A stretch of 64,000 bases of DNA from the human T2T-CHM13v2.0 reference genome, Homo sapiens: the NCBI RefSeq assembly GCF_009914755.1, contig NC_060926.1, one strand, 5' to 3'. Below are positions 1 through 12,511 of the stretch, piece by piece. The position numbers and the translations under genes were made by a program. Position 1 is the first letter of the stretch; each line of letters starts with the position of its first letter. A model generated the notes under the pieces. It worked only from the letters and a program-made list of their open reading frames with translations, searched no databases and was not told the origin of the DNA.

Positions 1-34
1 AATGCTGAGAAACAATCAAAGGAGAATGAGGTTG

Positions 35-208
35 CATGAGTTCAAATCCAGCTCTGTCACATACAAGCTGGGTGACCTAAGTCATTTAACGTCTCTATTC
101 TCGTTCTCTAAAATAGGAATAATAACACCATGTACCTTCCTGGGTGGTTGCAAGATTAAAGGATTAATAATACATTTAAAGTGCTCAAAAGAGTGACTGG
201 CACATAAC
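35..208 (+). mobile_element. MIR SINE
   Basis: ttcaaatccagctctgtcac...ggtgacc...tgcaagattaaa...tggcacata follows the MIR core consensus. Confidence 0.75.
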
Positions 209-984
209 ATGGGAAAGGCTGCATAAATTCAATGGTGTGTTATCATGAATGCAATATGTGTTTATCGAGCACCTACTTTGCACTTAGAATACAAGGGTCA
301 GCAGAATCTGAGAGCGAGCAACCAAGTAAGAGAGAGAGAGACACCCAAGTGTCAGCTGTCAGAATGTTGTACGTCCTAGTCTGCTGTGACCTCTCTGTCC
401 TTTAAGATGTATTAAATTTTTTGAAAATCATTTTAAAGAAGACTGCCCATCCCAAGCACAACATGTAACTCAGGGAGTCTTAATGTGCCAACATGTTTCT
501 GCTTTGCTTTGTCACCTTTTGTCCTGACCTCTCCTGCCTTTGCTTTTTTGCACCTTGCCTCCTGCATGGGGTGCCCCATCCCACGCAGTGGTGCCCTGCA
601 TAGGACTTCACCCAAATGCCACCAAAACAAGGCTGTGAGAAGCAGGCTTCAGCATTGTGAGCAATTTCTCCCTCTTTTGTTCATTCCTCTGCTTTATCAA
701 CCCCTTTTCCAGCTTCCTTTCTCTACCCAGGAGAGAAATCATGCCACTTCCTTATAATCCATCCATGACTATAAATGGTGATATTTTTCTCCCCACAACA
801 AGAATAATTACAGTGCCAAGATGAAGAGCAGTTGCTACATCTCCTCCCTTTTTCCATCCACAGTTACAAGTTCCTCATCTTCTTTCTTCATCTTAAAAAA
901 TATAAACACTAACTTCTTGTCACTGAGCTAAGTTGCAGACACTTAATTAACTGCTTTATTTGAGTCATCTTATTTAACTTATTT

Positions 985-1900
985 GTAAATTCAACAGATA
1001 ATTCTTGGGCACCCACCACATACAACATAGTGCTATTCTAAAGACTGGGAATACAATTGTAAGCATGACAAACAAAAGCCTCTGTGGAACGTACGTTCTA
1101 GTGTGGAGAGACAGATATTAAGTAAATATCAAGCCATGATGAGATCCTTAACTAAAAATAAAACAGATTGATGGAATGAAGAGACCGCGGCTACTTTAGA
1201 AGAAATTTCCAGGGGAGGTTTCTCTGAGGAGTAATATGAAAATCCATCCATCAGAAGATGGGGTGGGGGAAGTGCTTTCCTAGACAAGGGGACAAGGGGA
1301 CACTGTGCACAGGCCCCAAGACAGGAATTTGCCCAGAGTATTTGAGAGAGGGCAGGCAGGCTGGAGCTCAGGAGGAGGGGGGCACATGATAAGGAAGAAG
1401 GCCAGAAAGGTGAGCAAAGGCCAGAACACACAGGGCAGAGCTGGCGTTTGCACTTACTCTGCTGCTTTGTGGAGAACAGATCATAGGTGAGTCTTAGGGC
1501 AGCAGGAGGCCAGTTGGGAAGCTACCACAGTGTCCATGAGCAAGTGCATGGGGGCTTGGGCCCAGGATAGTGGTGGTGGGGATGGAGAAGTCAACAGATT
1601 TTAGATCTTTAAGTAGTAGCAACAGAACTAGCTGGCAAGTTGGGACAAGTTGGGGAGAGGCAGTAAAGAAGAGAGAGGCAGTGGGGAAGACTACAGGAGG
1701 AGCATGTTTAGGGTAGGGAAATCAGGACATCTCTGCTGTGGTGTTGTTGAGATGTTTTTTAGCCCCCAAATAATGTGAATGTCAAGTGAGCAGTTGGAGT
1801 TCAGAAGCATCAGGGCTGAAGATGTAAAGTCACAAGTCATTAGCATGTAGGTGGGGTTAGATGCGATTCCCACAAAGGAGTAGAGCTGTAGAAGAGAACA
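985..1900 (-). mobile_element. L2 LINE remnant (3' part)
   Basis: Begins like the reverse complement of the L2 3' end (attcaacagataattcttgggcacc...ctgggaatac...gttctagtg); purine-rich L2-like body; boundaries approximate. Confidence 0.6.
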
Positions 1901-1944
1901 AGAGAACAGGACTGTACCACAAACTTACCAGGTAGCACTGCTTA

Positions 1945-2072
1945 CATTCCCACTCTACAGATAAGGAAAACAAGCTTAGGTGGTTTCAGTGATTGGCCCA
2001 AGGTTCTAGGAAACAGTAGCACTGGGATTGCACCCAGGCAGTCTGACTCTATAAGCTCTACTCCTAATCACT
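1945..2072 (-). mobile_element. MIR SINE
   Basis: tacagataaggaaaac...gcccaagg...cccaggcagtctgactc matches the reverse MIR core. Confidence 0.7.
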
Positions 2073-2141
2073 TGGCTGTAGTAGGCAGGTCCACACAGCA
2101 GTGCTGTTTTGCTTCCTTCATGTGCCACAATTTCTCTGCAG

Positions 2142-2237
2142 GAAGAAGATGATGATGGTCTGCCTAAGAAAAAGTGGCCAACGGTAGACGCCTCTTATTA
2201 TGGTGGGAGAGGCGTTGGAGGCATTAAAAGAATGGAG
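2142..2237 (+). CDS. ANTXR1: ANTXR1 (TEM8) coding exon, probably exon 15; membrane-proximal cytoplasmic tail
   Basis: Acceptor tttctctgcag|GAA and donor GAG|gtaaga; 96 nt, phase 0-0; [32 protein letters not shown], recognised as the ANTXR1/ANTXR2-conserved tail segment. Confidence 0.97.
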
Positions 2238-2279
2238 GTAAGAGGACAGCTTCATATACACTTATCTATGTGCTGACTA

Positions 2280-2359
2280 CTCCCATCGAGGTACCAGCCG
2301 GGCCTGACCCTGCTTAGCCTCTAGATATCAGGCATGCCCAGGGCAGTATGGCCGTAGAC
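2280..2359 (-). pseudogene. 5S rRNA pseudogene, 3'-truncated with a ~10-nt internal deletion (possibly the annotated RNA5SP96, from memory)
   Basis: Reverse complement GTCTACGGCCATACTGCCCTGGGCATGCCTGATATCTAGAGGCTAAGCAGGGTCAGGCCCGGCTGGTACCTCGATGGGAG aligns to 5S rRNA nt 1 to ~89. Confidence 0.92.
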
Positions 2360-2848
2360 CACACTGATGACTCAATGTCAGAAACCCAAAGCAAATTGCT
2401 GAAAACCTCCTTGAGGTCTGGTGGGGATATGGATTGTAAGGCAGACGGATGGAGAGATAGGAGGGACAGCCTTTCACTGTGCGTTTCCATGTCTTGCCCA
2501 CCGTGAGTCAGAGCAGGTCACACATCAGCTCAAACGTCCTCGTGATTTCTTTTCTCACTGGAATAAAATCCAAAGTTCGTACCTGAACCTGCAAGGTCTT
2601 TGCATGTGCTGTCCCCGCTGCCTGGACAATTCCTCCCTAAATATCCACCCATGTGGCTCAGCTCTCTGCTCCTTTGGTCCTCCCCTTTTCTCTTTTTCCA
2701 CAGTTTCCCTCTTCCCTGGCCCTCAAAACCCAAAGGAATCCAGGGTTGGGTAGCATTCACATTGCAACTCATGCATGTATTTGTCATTCTCATTCTCGAG
2801 GGGCAGCATATTTTGTCATTTCATTTCATTGTATTTTGTTTATTTTAG

Positions 2849-3052
<204 letters not shown>

Positions 3053-3232
3053 TGATAAAACACTTACATAGTGAAGAATCAAAATCTTTCCACATGATAA
3101 AATCCCAACCTAAAACCCAGCTTATCACAGGGGAACAATTATCTAAAATTATGGACTTGAAAGTACTAGTAATTACTTTGTCAATTTCCACATAATCTGG
3201 GTTGAAAACTAGGCTTTTTAAAAATCACCGTG

Positions 3233-3352
3233 GTGCTCACTTCTGCAGCACATATAGTAAAACTGGAACAATATAGAGAAGATTAGCATGACCCCTGGGC
3301 AAGGATGACATGCAAATTCGTGAAGTGTTCCATATTAAAAAAAAAAAAAAAA
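3233..3352 (+). pseudogene. U6 snRNA processed pseudogene with poly(A) tail (possibly RNU6-1216P, from memory)
   Basis: GTGCTCACTTCTGCAGCACATATAG...TTCGTGAAGTGTTCCATATT, about 10 mismatches to U6 over 104 nt; A16 tail; TSD AAAAATCACCRTG at 3220-3232 and 3348-3360. Confidence 0.95.
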
Positions 3353-3748
3353 TCACCATGGCAAGGTACTGGAAAAAGCATGGACTGTGAGTCAAGTAAC
3401 TTGGGTAGTAACCCCAGAGAGTGACTATAAATTTCCATAGCATCTCATAACTTCACTTAGCAGACAATCTACTATCTAAGAAAAATGGCAGCCTTCTCCT
3501 TAATGCTAATCTCTACTCCTTTTGCCATAATATAAGCCCATTCCCTTTTATTTGCGCCTCCTGCCAGTGTATCAGGGCCCACCAGCAAATCTCACTGGTC
3601 ATGGATCTAGGACTCACTCTTTCTGGTTGTAAGCAAATCTTTTTTCTCCACCATCTGTCTTTCCCCCACACCTCCAGATCTTAAAATCCTCTTTGGTTTA
3701 TTGGGAAGTGTAAACCGTTGGAGGCAGTTAATGTTTCCTAAAGGCCTC

Positions 3749-4070
3749 TTTTTTATTTTCTATTTATTTATTTTTTGAGACAGGTTCTCACTCTGTCACC
3801 CAGGCTGGAGTGCAGTTGTGTGATCTCTGCTCACTGCAACCTCGACCTCCCAGGCTCAAGCCATCCTCCCACCTCAACCCCCAAGTAGCTGGGACTACGG
3901 GCACGCACCACCACACCCAGCTAATTTTTGTTTTTTTTTTTTTTTTTTTTTTTTTGAGGGACGGATTTCACTATGTTGCCCAGGCCTGTCTTGCACTCCT
4001 GATAAAGCAGTCTGCCCACCTCGGCCTCCCAAAGTGCTAAGATTACAGGCATGGGCCACCATGCCCAGCC
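3749..4070 (-). mobile_element. Alu (AluJ-like) with expanded central T tract
   Basis: Dimeric Alu in reverse; TSD aaggcctctttt on both sides. Confidence 0.95.
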
Positions 4071-4404
4071 TGAAGGCCTCTTTTCTATTCTTCTTGGTCC
4101 AAATGGCTTTGAATTCACATGATTCAGTTAACACCTTCAATCTTTAGCCATGCCCATAAACATCTGCACTATGCCACTTGTCAGAGAGCACTGGAAAATT
4201 ATAGCTGAAAAGACTCTAGACATAATCTGTCCCCACTCTCTGATTTCATACTGAGATAGGCAAAGTCCTTGTTCTGCTGAGGTCTGGAAAACAAGGCCCC
4301 CAACTCAGGGCTACAGACTCCAGTTTCAAGCTGCAAACAGAACCGAACCAACTCCAAAGCCTCAAGTCAAAGACTCAATAGAGCCAGCTCCCATCACCAT
4401 CCAT

Positions 4405-4438
4405 ACACATACACACACTCACACACACACACACACAC
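4405..4438. repeat. (CA)n microsatellite, imperfect
   Basis: acacatacacacactcacacacacacacacacac. Confidence 0.85.
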
Positions 4439-5169
4439 AGCCTTACCCCCCTTCCAATAGCAACAAAGATTATTTTCATCATTCGCTGAGTTAATTTGCT
4501 AATTTTGGATCAGGGCTTCTCCAACAAATCAAAAGAAGTACCATTTCAGGCAGTGTAGCGAAACGTTATTGGTGGTTACCTTTCCTCAGCTGAGCTAGCT
4601 CAAGCTCACCTGAATTGCCACGCATTTCTATTTTGGTTTGCCATGTTTGAAGCAGTGAGATTCTTTTTTTAGGATAAGCCTGCCCTCTGGGGTAATGGAT
4701 TGAACTCTGGAAAGATGTGGGCAAAATGCAGCTTGCTTGAATAACAGCTGTTTGCTTCTAATTATTTTCTAATGAAGAACATGCAGTGGCGTGCATGCAT
4801 GTGCAGACAGGAAGGAGCCAAGCAGATTCTCAGCCATGAAGAAGAAAGGGGATTTTCTGTTATGCCGTTCTCAGGAATCTGTACCTTGTGACTAACGCCA
4901 CATCTTTGGTTACAGCCAGGTTTTTGTTTCTGTAATCTTGGACACTGAGAGAACATTAATTCTGTTTGAAAACTCCGGTTTCTACTTGAGAGCATAGTCC
5001 TCTATTGACTGGCGGTTTAGGACTGAATTTGATGAGATAAATAAGTATATGGGCCAATACGTTTAGAAATCTAAAAACATTCCCAACACCCACTTGGAAT
5101 TAGTATCAATTCAGTGAGTATTCATTGTGCAGCTACTGTGTGCCAGGCACTGTAGGATGTTGAATATAC

Positions 5170-5596
5170 AGAGGCTTTCAAACCCGGCTGAGTGTCAGAA
5201 TCACCTGAGAGTGATTTAAAAAATACAGATTCCCAGGCCCAGTGACCCAGAATCTCACAAAAGTCCTCCAAAAGCACACTGGCTCTCAGCATTCGCCCAT
5301 CTTTTCCTATCAAGTGAAACTCCTTTTGTTCACAATGCCTCCCTTCTCTAATTTCACTTCCAGACTCCCTGAGTGATAGGCCTCTGTTGCCCCAATTATC
5401 ACTTCATCAGTCCTGACTCTTGAGCTTCTTTTTAGTCTCTGTAGTAAAGCACTGGCTCTCAAAGGTGGTCCCTGGAACAGCAGCATCAGCATCACCCAAG
5501 AACTTGTTAGAAATGGACATTCTTCGGCCCCACCTAAGATCTACTAAATCAAAAACGCTGGAAGTGGGGCCCAGCCATCTGGGTTTTAACAAGCTG
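5170..5596. mobile_element. MER5A-like hAT-Charlie fragments (about 5170-5255 and 5450-5596)
   Basis: cagaatcacctg...tacagattcccaggccc and cagcagcatcagcatcacc...ttgttagaaatg...ggccccacc are MER5A hallmarks. Confidence 0.75.
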
Positions 5597-5614
5597 AGTT
5601 AAGAAGTTGTCACC

Positions 5615-5925
<311 letters not shown>

Positions 5926-7857
5926 AGAAGAGTTGTCACCAAAGGTCCCAGCCAGCATTCCATAGGAAGTCCTTGGAGGGCAGGAACTGTGGTGCCTGGA
6001 TTGTTAAAATAGGCAAAGAGGCCATGATTGCACTGCGGTGATTTTTCAGGCATCTCAGCAAGGAGAGCCACATTAATGTTCACACTGGGTCCATTTTTAC
6101 CACAAACACAACTGCTGAATTAATGTTAAGTGGTTGGGAATCTGAGTGTCTTAGGAGTCAACTAAAAGGCCAGATGGAAATGACCTAGGATGCCGGTGGA
6201 CTTGAAGAGCTCCTCGGCAGGACTCCCTCGTTAGGACGTGCAGAGCATGAATCCTCCTTTTGCCTGGTGGAACAGCCAATGCCAATGCTTACTCAGCTCC
6301 TTCTACTGTAGAGGAAATGCATACATAGCCGTTGGTGTGATTACTCATGTTTATGAGCCTTCTCTCCACTAGATTTGACCCCCCGCAGGCACCAGCTATG
6401 CTTTGAATCCCCAGTAAACAGTGTTGTACCTGGCTCATCCCTTATTAAAGAGCTGAGGCATGAACGGTAATTATGAAACCACTCCCCAGAGCATCCTGCC
6501 AGTCAAACCACACAGACCATTTTGGCATACTCTATCCAGAAAACTGACATTCTTCATGCCATCTCTCTGAGGAGAGAAGAGAAAAAGAGATTGTTTTAGA
6601 TGCAACAAGAAGGATAGAAGCACAGGAAGAAATTCAAAAGTAATCATGTGTGCTCTCCGTCCAGAAGTAAGGCAGGCTTGCTTCCAGAATCTCAGGGTTC
6701 ATCCTATTTTACATGATGTTCGATCCACAATGAGTCCCGTGCTAGCCACAATGCCTAAGGACATTTGCTCAGCCTTGGACAAAACATTTAGCCTTATGTG
6801 GTACCATAAACTCTGCTTCCCTTTCCCGAACTCACCGTGGTCCTAATAGGAAACAGAAAGCACACTGAAAAGAGTTGAACTAACAGAGATGTGGGCAAAG
6901 CGAAGGGAATCCCCAGGGATGATGGGGCAACCAGGGGCTGGCAACAGCGAGAGCTGTTACACCTGAAGAGCATGTGGGGAAATGGTGTTACTGGGTTCCA
7001 GAAAGAGCTGTAGCCCTGCAAAGAGACTACTCGACAGGAACTGTTTCTTTAGTTGACAATCTAAATCCACCTGTTTTTATATGATCTGCAAACAAAGAAT
7101 GGTTTTTACATTTTTAAAAGGTTATATAAGTACCTATATAATGTTGCCTCTTGCCCTGCAAATCCTTGGCTCTTTACAGACCAAGACCAAAGGGCAGCTA
7201 GGTGATCCAGAGGCAGGCTTCCAAGGCATGGAGAAGGCAGGCAGAGAATGGATGGGGGCCGGCAGGTCAGGGAGAGTGACCCATCCACTCGCTGCCTGCC
7301 TTGTACCTCTGCTATAAGCAAGGAGAACAACAGCTCTACCTCACACAAAACTGTCAGCAGGTATTGGAAAGACTCATGGCTCCCCAGTGAAAGGAGCCAG
7401 AATCGTGTACTTACTGAATTGCATTGCATTAGACCCATTGCTTTACATGAAATGGGGTTTTTGAGAAGCAGGTGAGCACATTTGCCAAGCAAACCCAGAG
7501 AGAACACACGGAGGGAAGAAGTCCACAGTGGGCTCTTCTCCACCCACCATCTCCCCGTCTAATTTAAGGCACCAACCACACCAACCACACTTCCCCCCTT
7601 CCTCATTCCAGACTCATGATCGGGAAATTTTCCCTGATATTTAGCCTGCATTTTCCTTTGCTTGGTTTTCACCCCCGGATTTACAATACCCCGTGCTTCT
7701 CATTAAATTGGAGCTGACCATTTCAGACAAGTGAAGTCATGCCCAGCTATATGGGCAAATTTTCTTAAAAACCAAAAGAAGAAAAAAAAAAGCGCAACAA
7801 AATCTATCCTATGCATGGCATGCACACACTCATGAGTGCATGTGTGTCTGTGTGTAG

Positions 7858-8244
<387 letters not shown>

Positions 8245-8390
8245 TACCATGTATTTCAAAGTGTAAAAAGTCAGGTGTCAGTTTATAGTGGCCTTATAAG
8301 TTGAACTACTCTCAGAATTCTCAATCTCTGACTGTCTTCCAGCTGGCTAAGGCAGACAAACCAGAAGAAAAGATACAACTGCTGCCTGGC

Positions 8391-8422
<32 letters not shown>

Positions 8423-8461
8423 AACCCCACCACAAAAGCTGATGACCCAGGGTGCTTTGGG

Positions 8462-8750
8462 TTTTTTGTTTGTTTGATTTAAAAATAGGGTCTTGTTCTG
8501 TCGCCCAGGCTGTAGTGCAGTGGTGCGATCATATAGCTCACTGTAGCATCAACCTAGGTTCAAGGGATTCTCCTACCTCAGTCTCCCAAGTAGCTGGGAC
8601 TACAGATATAAGCCATCACACCCAGCTAATTTTTTTAATTTTTTGTAAACATGGGGATCTCACTGTGTTGTCCAAGCTGCTCTCAAGTGATCCTCCCACC
8701 TCAGCCTCTCAGAGTGTTGGGATTATAGGCATGTGCCACCGTGCCCGGCT
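8462..8750 (-). mobile_element. Alu (AluJ-like)
   Basis: Diverged reverse dimer. Confidence 0.9.
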
Positions 8751-9879
8751 CCCTACCTCCAGAATGCTATGAATGCTGGCTGCATAATCATTCCCAGCAC
8801 AGTCTTATTGCTTAGAAAGAAACCAAAGCTAGAGTTTACATAGAACTTCCACTTTGCCTTTGTGAATTGGCAGGTATTTTCTGTGGCTAAGATACAGTTT
8901 GGGAGCATGGAATTGGTAAATTTCTCATTTTATAGTCAAAATTTGTCAACTTCAAATGAAAGAAAGCTATTTATAAATGTCAGCTAATACAATCTGCCAG
9001 AGGGCTTGAGGCTTGTGGATAAATCTTTGTCCTAGCTTCACAGAAGCAGTTGGGCATTTTGCCAGGGAGTGAGGACCAGTGTCTTAAGTGCATGCTGTGG
9101 AGAGGTTTGTGCATGACAGACATCCAAGTCTGAGATAGATAAAGCGGAGGCAACTCAGAAGGATCCTCTAAGACTTTAGGTGAAGCCCAGAGACTGTTTA
9201 GAAGACTCTTCTATGGCACATCTAGCCCCAAAGGGTTGTTATTAACGAGCCCACTACTACTGTCTTTAAATGACAGACTTCTGCCTACATTCAGAAAAAT
9301 CAAGGTTCCAAGAGCCTTTGTCATGCAGTGCTCATTGAATTTTGAGAGTTATTTTTTATTCTGATTTTGGTTGTAAACACTGTTTTTTCTAAAGCTTACT
9401 TCTTGGTTGCAAACACTGTTTTTCTAAAGCTCTTGCATAAAAACTACCTGTTGTAGGAGTAGAAAGAGGTTATAGGTTGTATTGATTGCCTGGATTGTTT
9501 TCTATGCCACAGACTGGAGAGTTTAGGTTCATTTGTGGGACAATCAGAACTCAGAATGCTAAGGATACACCTGGAACTAGCTAATCTCGCCTTGGCCAGA
9601 AGAGCCCAATGACAGCAGCTCACCCGGATCAAGCATGCCCTGCAAGTCGGGCAGCGCTTTCTATGCACTAATGCCTTTATTATTGATAACAGCCCTTGAA
9701 AGTAGAAAGTACTTATCCATCGGTAAATAGACACCCAGATCAGTAGAAACTACAAATGCAAAACCAGAGCACAGAGGGGTTAGGTAACTTACCCAAATTC
9801 ACACTGGCCAGTAAGATGTTTCATGGTTCATTTTATTGACTGCAGTGCATCCATTTGGGCTCACAGTAAAATTCTTTAT

Positions 9880-10740
9880 TAATCAATAGGAGAGAGGACA
9901 GGAACCCTGGAGATGAAAGGCCAATCAGGAAACTATTCCCAGAATGAGTGACAGATGATGAGGGCCTGGGCCCAGGCAGGAGCTGTGGAGGTGGTGGGTC
10001 AGGGGTGGATGGGAAGAGGCGGCAGCAGAGCTGCTACAGAGAGAACATTAACGAGACACGGTTGATGTTGGACATGAGCAGGTGGCAGAGAGAAGGGAGG
10101 TTAGAATGATTCCTGGTACCCAGTGTGCCCATCTGGAGAGATTGGTGGTGCCATGAATCAAGGCAGGGTGTGCAAAAGGAGGAGCAGGTTTGGGGAGAAG
10201 AGTTAGTTCAGTTTATAATGTTTGACTTTTTGATAGCTGTGATGTGATATGATACATCCACATTACAATTAAGATTTAATAGGTAAATAGATACCCAGAT
10301 CTGGAGCTCAAGAGAGGACTGGGCTGAGTATAGAATTTTTGAGTTGCCGGCAGATAGGTGGAAGTTGGACCCATGAGACTAGATGAGAGCACTCAGCTGA
10401 GAGATGAGAATAGAGGTGCCAAATGAAGGCCACCATGTCAGGTGTAGGCAGAGGGGGAGGAGCAGAAGAAGCTGAAAAGGACTTGGCAGAGAGGTCGGAG
10501 GGAGCAGGTAGAAGCTCGTGGCACAGAGACTGAGGGAGAGTGTGCAGGGGAGAGGCCCAGCACAGCGGATCTCCCCAAAGAACCAAGCAAAATGAGTGTC
10601 AAGGCATTTGGCAGTCGGGATGCCGTGGGTGGCCTTAGCAAGAGCAATTTGGGTGGAGTGATTGGGGCAGAAGGAATAAAAACTGTGGCTTGGGGGTAAG
10701 AGGAAAATAGTCTTGGAGAAGCACAGAATAGAAGATGGAC
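9880..10740 (-). mobile_element. L2 LINE remnant
   Basis: Purine-rich L2-like text (gaatgattcctgg...ggtggtgccat...gagttagttcagttt...gatctggagctcaagagag); boundaries approximate. Confidence 0.55.
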
Positions 10741-10849
10741 AGATGCATGCTTACAAAGTTCAAATTGCTGGATTCCTACACTCTGTATTACATTCTTTTC
10801 CATCTCTCTACAGAGCCTCCCAAATGATCATTTTAATGACTTTACTATG

Positions 10850-11090
10850 ATCATAGGTAACATTTAATGAATACCTTTTATGAGGCAAGTACCTAACTTC
10901 AATATTTAATTTTAAGTCTTATAGCAAGTCTGTAGAGTAGACAGTATTATCATCTCCACTTTAAATATGAGAAAAGTAAGGCTTAGGGAGATGAAACTAC
11001 TCATCTAACCCATAGAGCTGGTGAAAAGGAGACCCACAGTACAAACTGGGGCAGGCTGGCTTCAGTCACTTTGTGCTTAAACACTACACT
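10850..11090 (-). mobile_element. MIR SINE
   Basis: aacatttaatgaatacc...tattatcatctccacttt...gagaaaagtaaggcttag...gcttaaacactacact. Confidence 0.65.
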
Positions 11091-12149
11091 GTAGGGTGAT
11101 CTGTTGCCACAAAGAAACATCATTTTCTACTCATTCTCCTGGTATTATACATCTAGGTGGTTTCTGGTCTTTTGCTATGCATGTAACTTTAAATTTCTGC
11201 TGAGTTAATTAATGTGTTCCTTCAACAGCCCAGTGTTCTTCTTTCTGCCCCATCTCATTGCCCATTTGTCACAGAGTTGGGTGATTAGCACACACAGCTC
11301 TGTGGGTGGGCTGATTTACAAACCCAAATGCTGGGAGTCCTCTCCTTCTGAAAACGAAGGGGAAAGAAAAAAGAGGCATTCATCCAGGAAACCCACCTGG
11401 TTACATCCTGAAATATAAATGCTTATCCAAAAGAACCTTAAAGGAAAACATTTAGCTGGTGATTGGAACGGCTTAATACAGAAAACCATGCAGCACACAG
11501 CAGCAGTTCTATCCAGCATTCTAAAATCATTTCAAAATATTTTTCAAGGCGTTTGTAAATTCCTTGCCAAAATAGATGAGAAACACTACACTTGGCAAGA
11601 CAAAGTTTAACCCACAAGACAAAGTTAAACCCACAAGAACTCAAACAACAGTTTATAAAGATTAAAGAACACAATTTTATATGTGTATATAATCCACCAG
11701 AAAATCATTTCAGAACATGAAATATTTGAGATGCTTCTTAACACTGCCCCTATATAAATGCTTTGTGTCCAGGAACTTAAACTCTTTAGACTCCTCCAGC
11801 CTTCCCAGCACTGTCATTCAAAGACCCCTGCAAGATCAGGATTTTCAAACGTTCCTAAGGCTTGGGTAGGAAATACATTTTACATTTTGGCCCAGTTTGT
11901 GCACACACAGTCATACACACACCCATACACACTTAACTGAGATAAATTTTTCACAAAATAATGCTTATCCTCACCATGTGCAATTACTATTTTCTCTTCT
12001 ATTCTATTTCTTAAAAGTTCTGGTCCCATACAAAATTGATTTCATAAGGGCTTAAAGGGTTGCAACCCACAGCTGAGAAACCCTATGTTCTAAAGGATCT
12101 AAATTAAAGCGCTTTCACCAGAAGATCTGCATGAGGAAGAATCTGCAAT

Positions 12150-12510
12150 TGGTGTAATAGAAAGCATATGTGATTTGGAATTAGACAGACATGGATTCCA
12201 ATCTCAACTCTGGTTTATAAACCATCTGCCTTTGGGCAAGTTACTTGATCTCTCTTTGACCCTCCATTTCCTCTCCACAGCCCTCTGGGACTGCTGGGAC
12301 AATTCAATTAGAGAACACTCATGGAAGCACCTACCACTTAGTTACATTCATTCCTCCAACAAATATATATTGAGCACCAGATGTTGTCCTAAGGGATAGG
12401 CAGACAGAAGTGAACAAAACCATCAATACCCCTGCTTTCATGGAGCTGGCATTCCAGGGGGCACAGACAATCAGCAAATTAACATAGAATATATCAGGGA
12501 GTGAGAAGGA
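12150..12510. mobile_element. MIR (+, about 12150-12270) followed by an L2 3' end (-, about 12345-12510)
   Basis: ttagacagacatggattccaatc...ttgggcaagttactt; cattcattc...aaatatatattgagcacc. Confidence 0.6.
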
Positions 12511-12511
12511 C

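Noticed and set aside
2139-2148. Possible NAGNAG tandem acceptor at exon 15
   Set aside because: The next AGs are 4 and 7 nt downstream and out of frame, so this is not a NAGNAG.
8391-8417. Orphan A27 tract as a possible retrocopy tail
   Set aside because: No recognisable upstream element, poly(A) signal or TSD; relevant only as an oligo-dT mispriming site.
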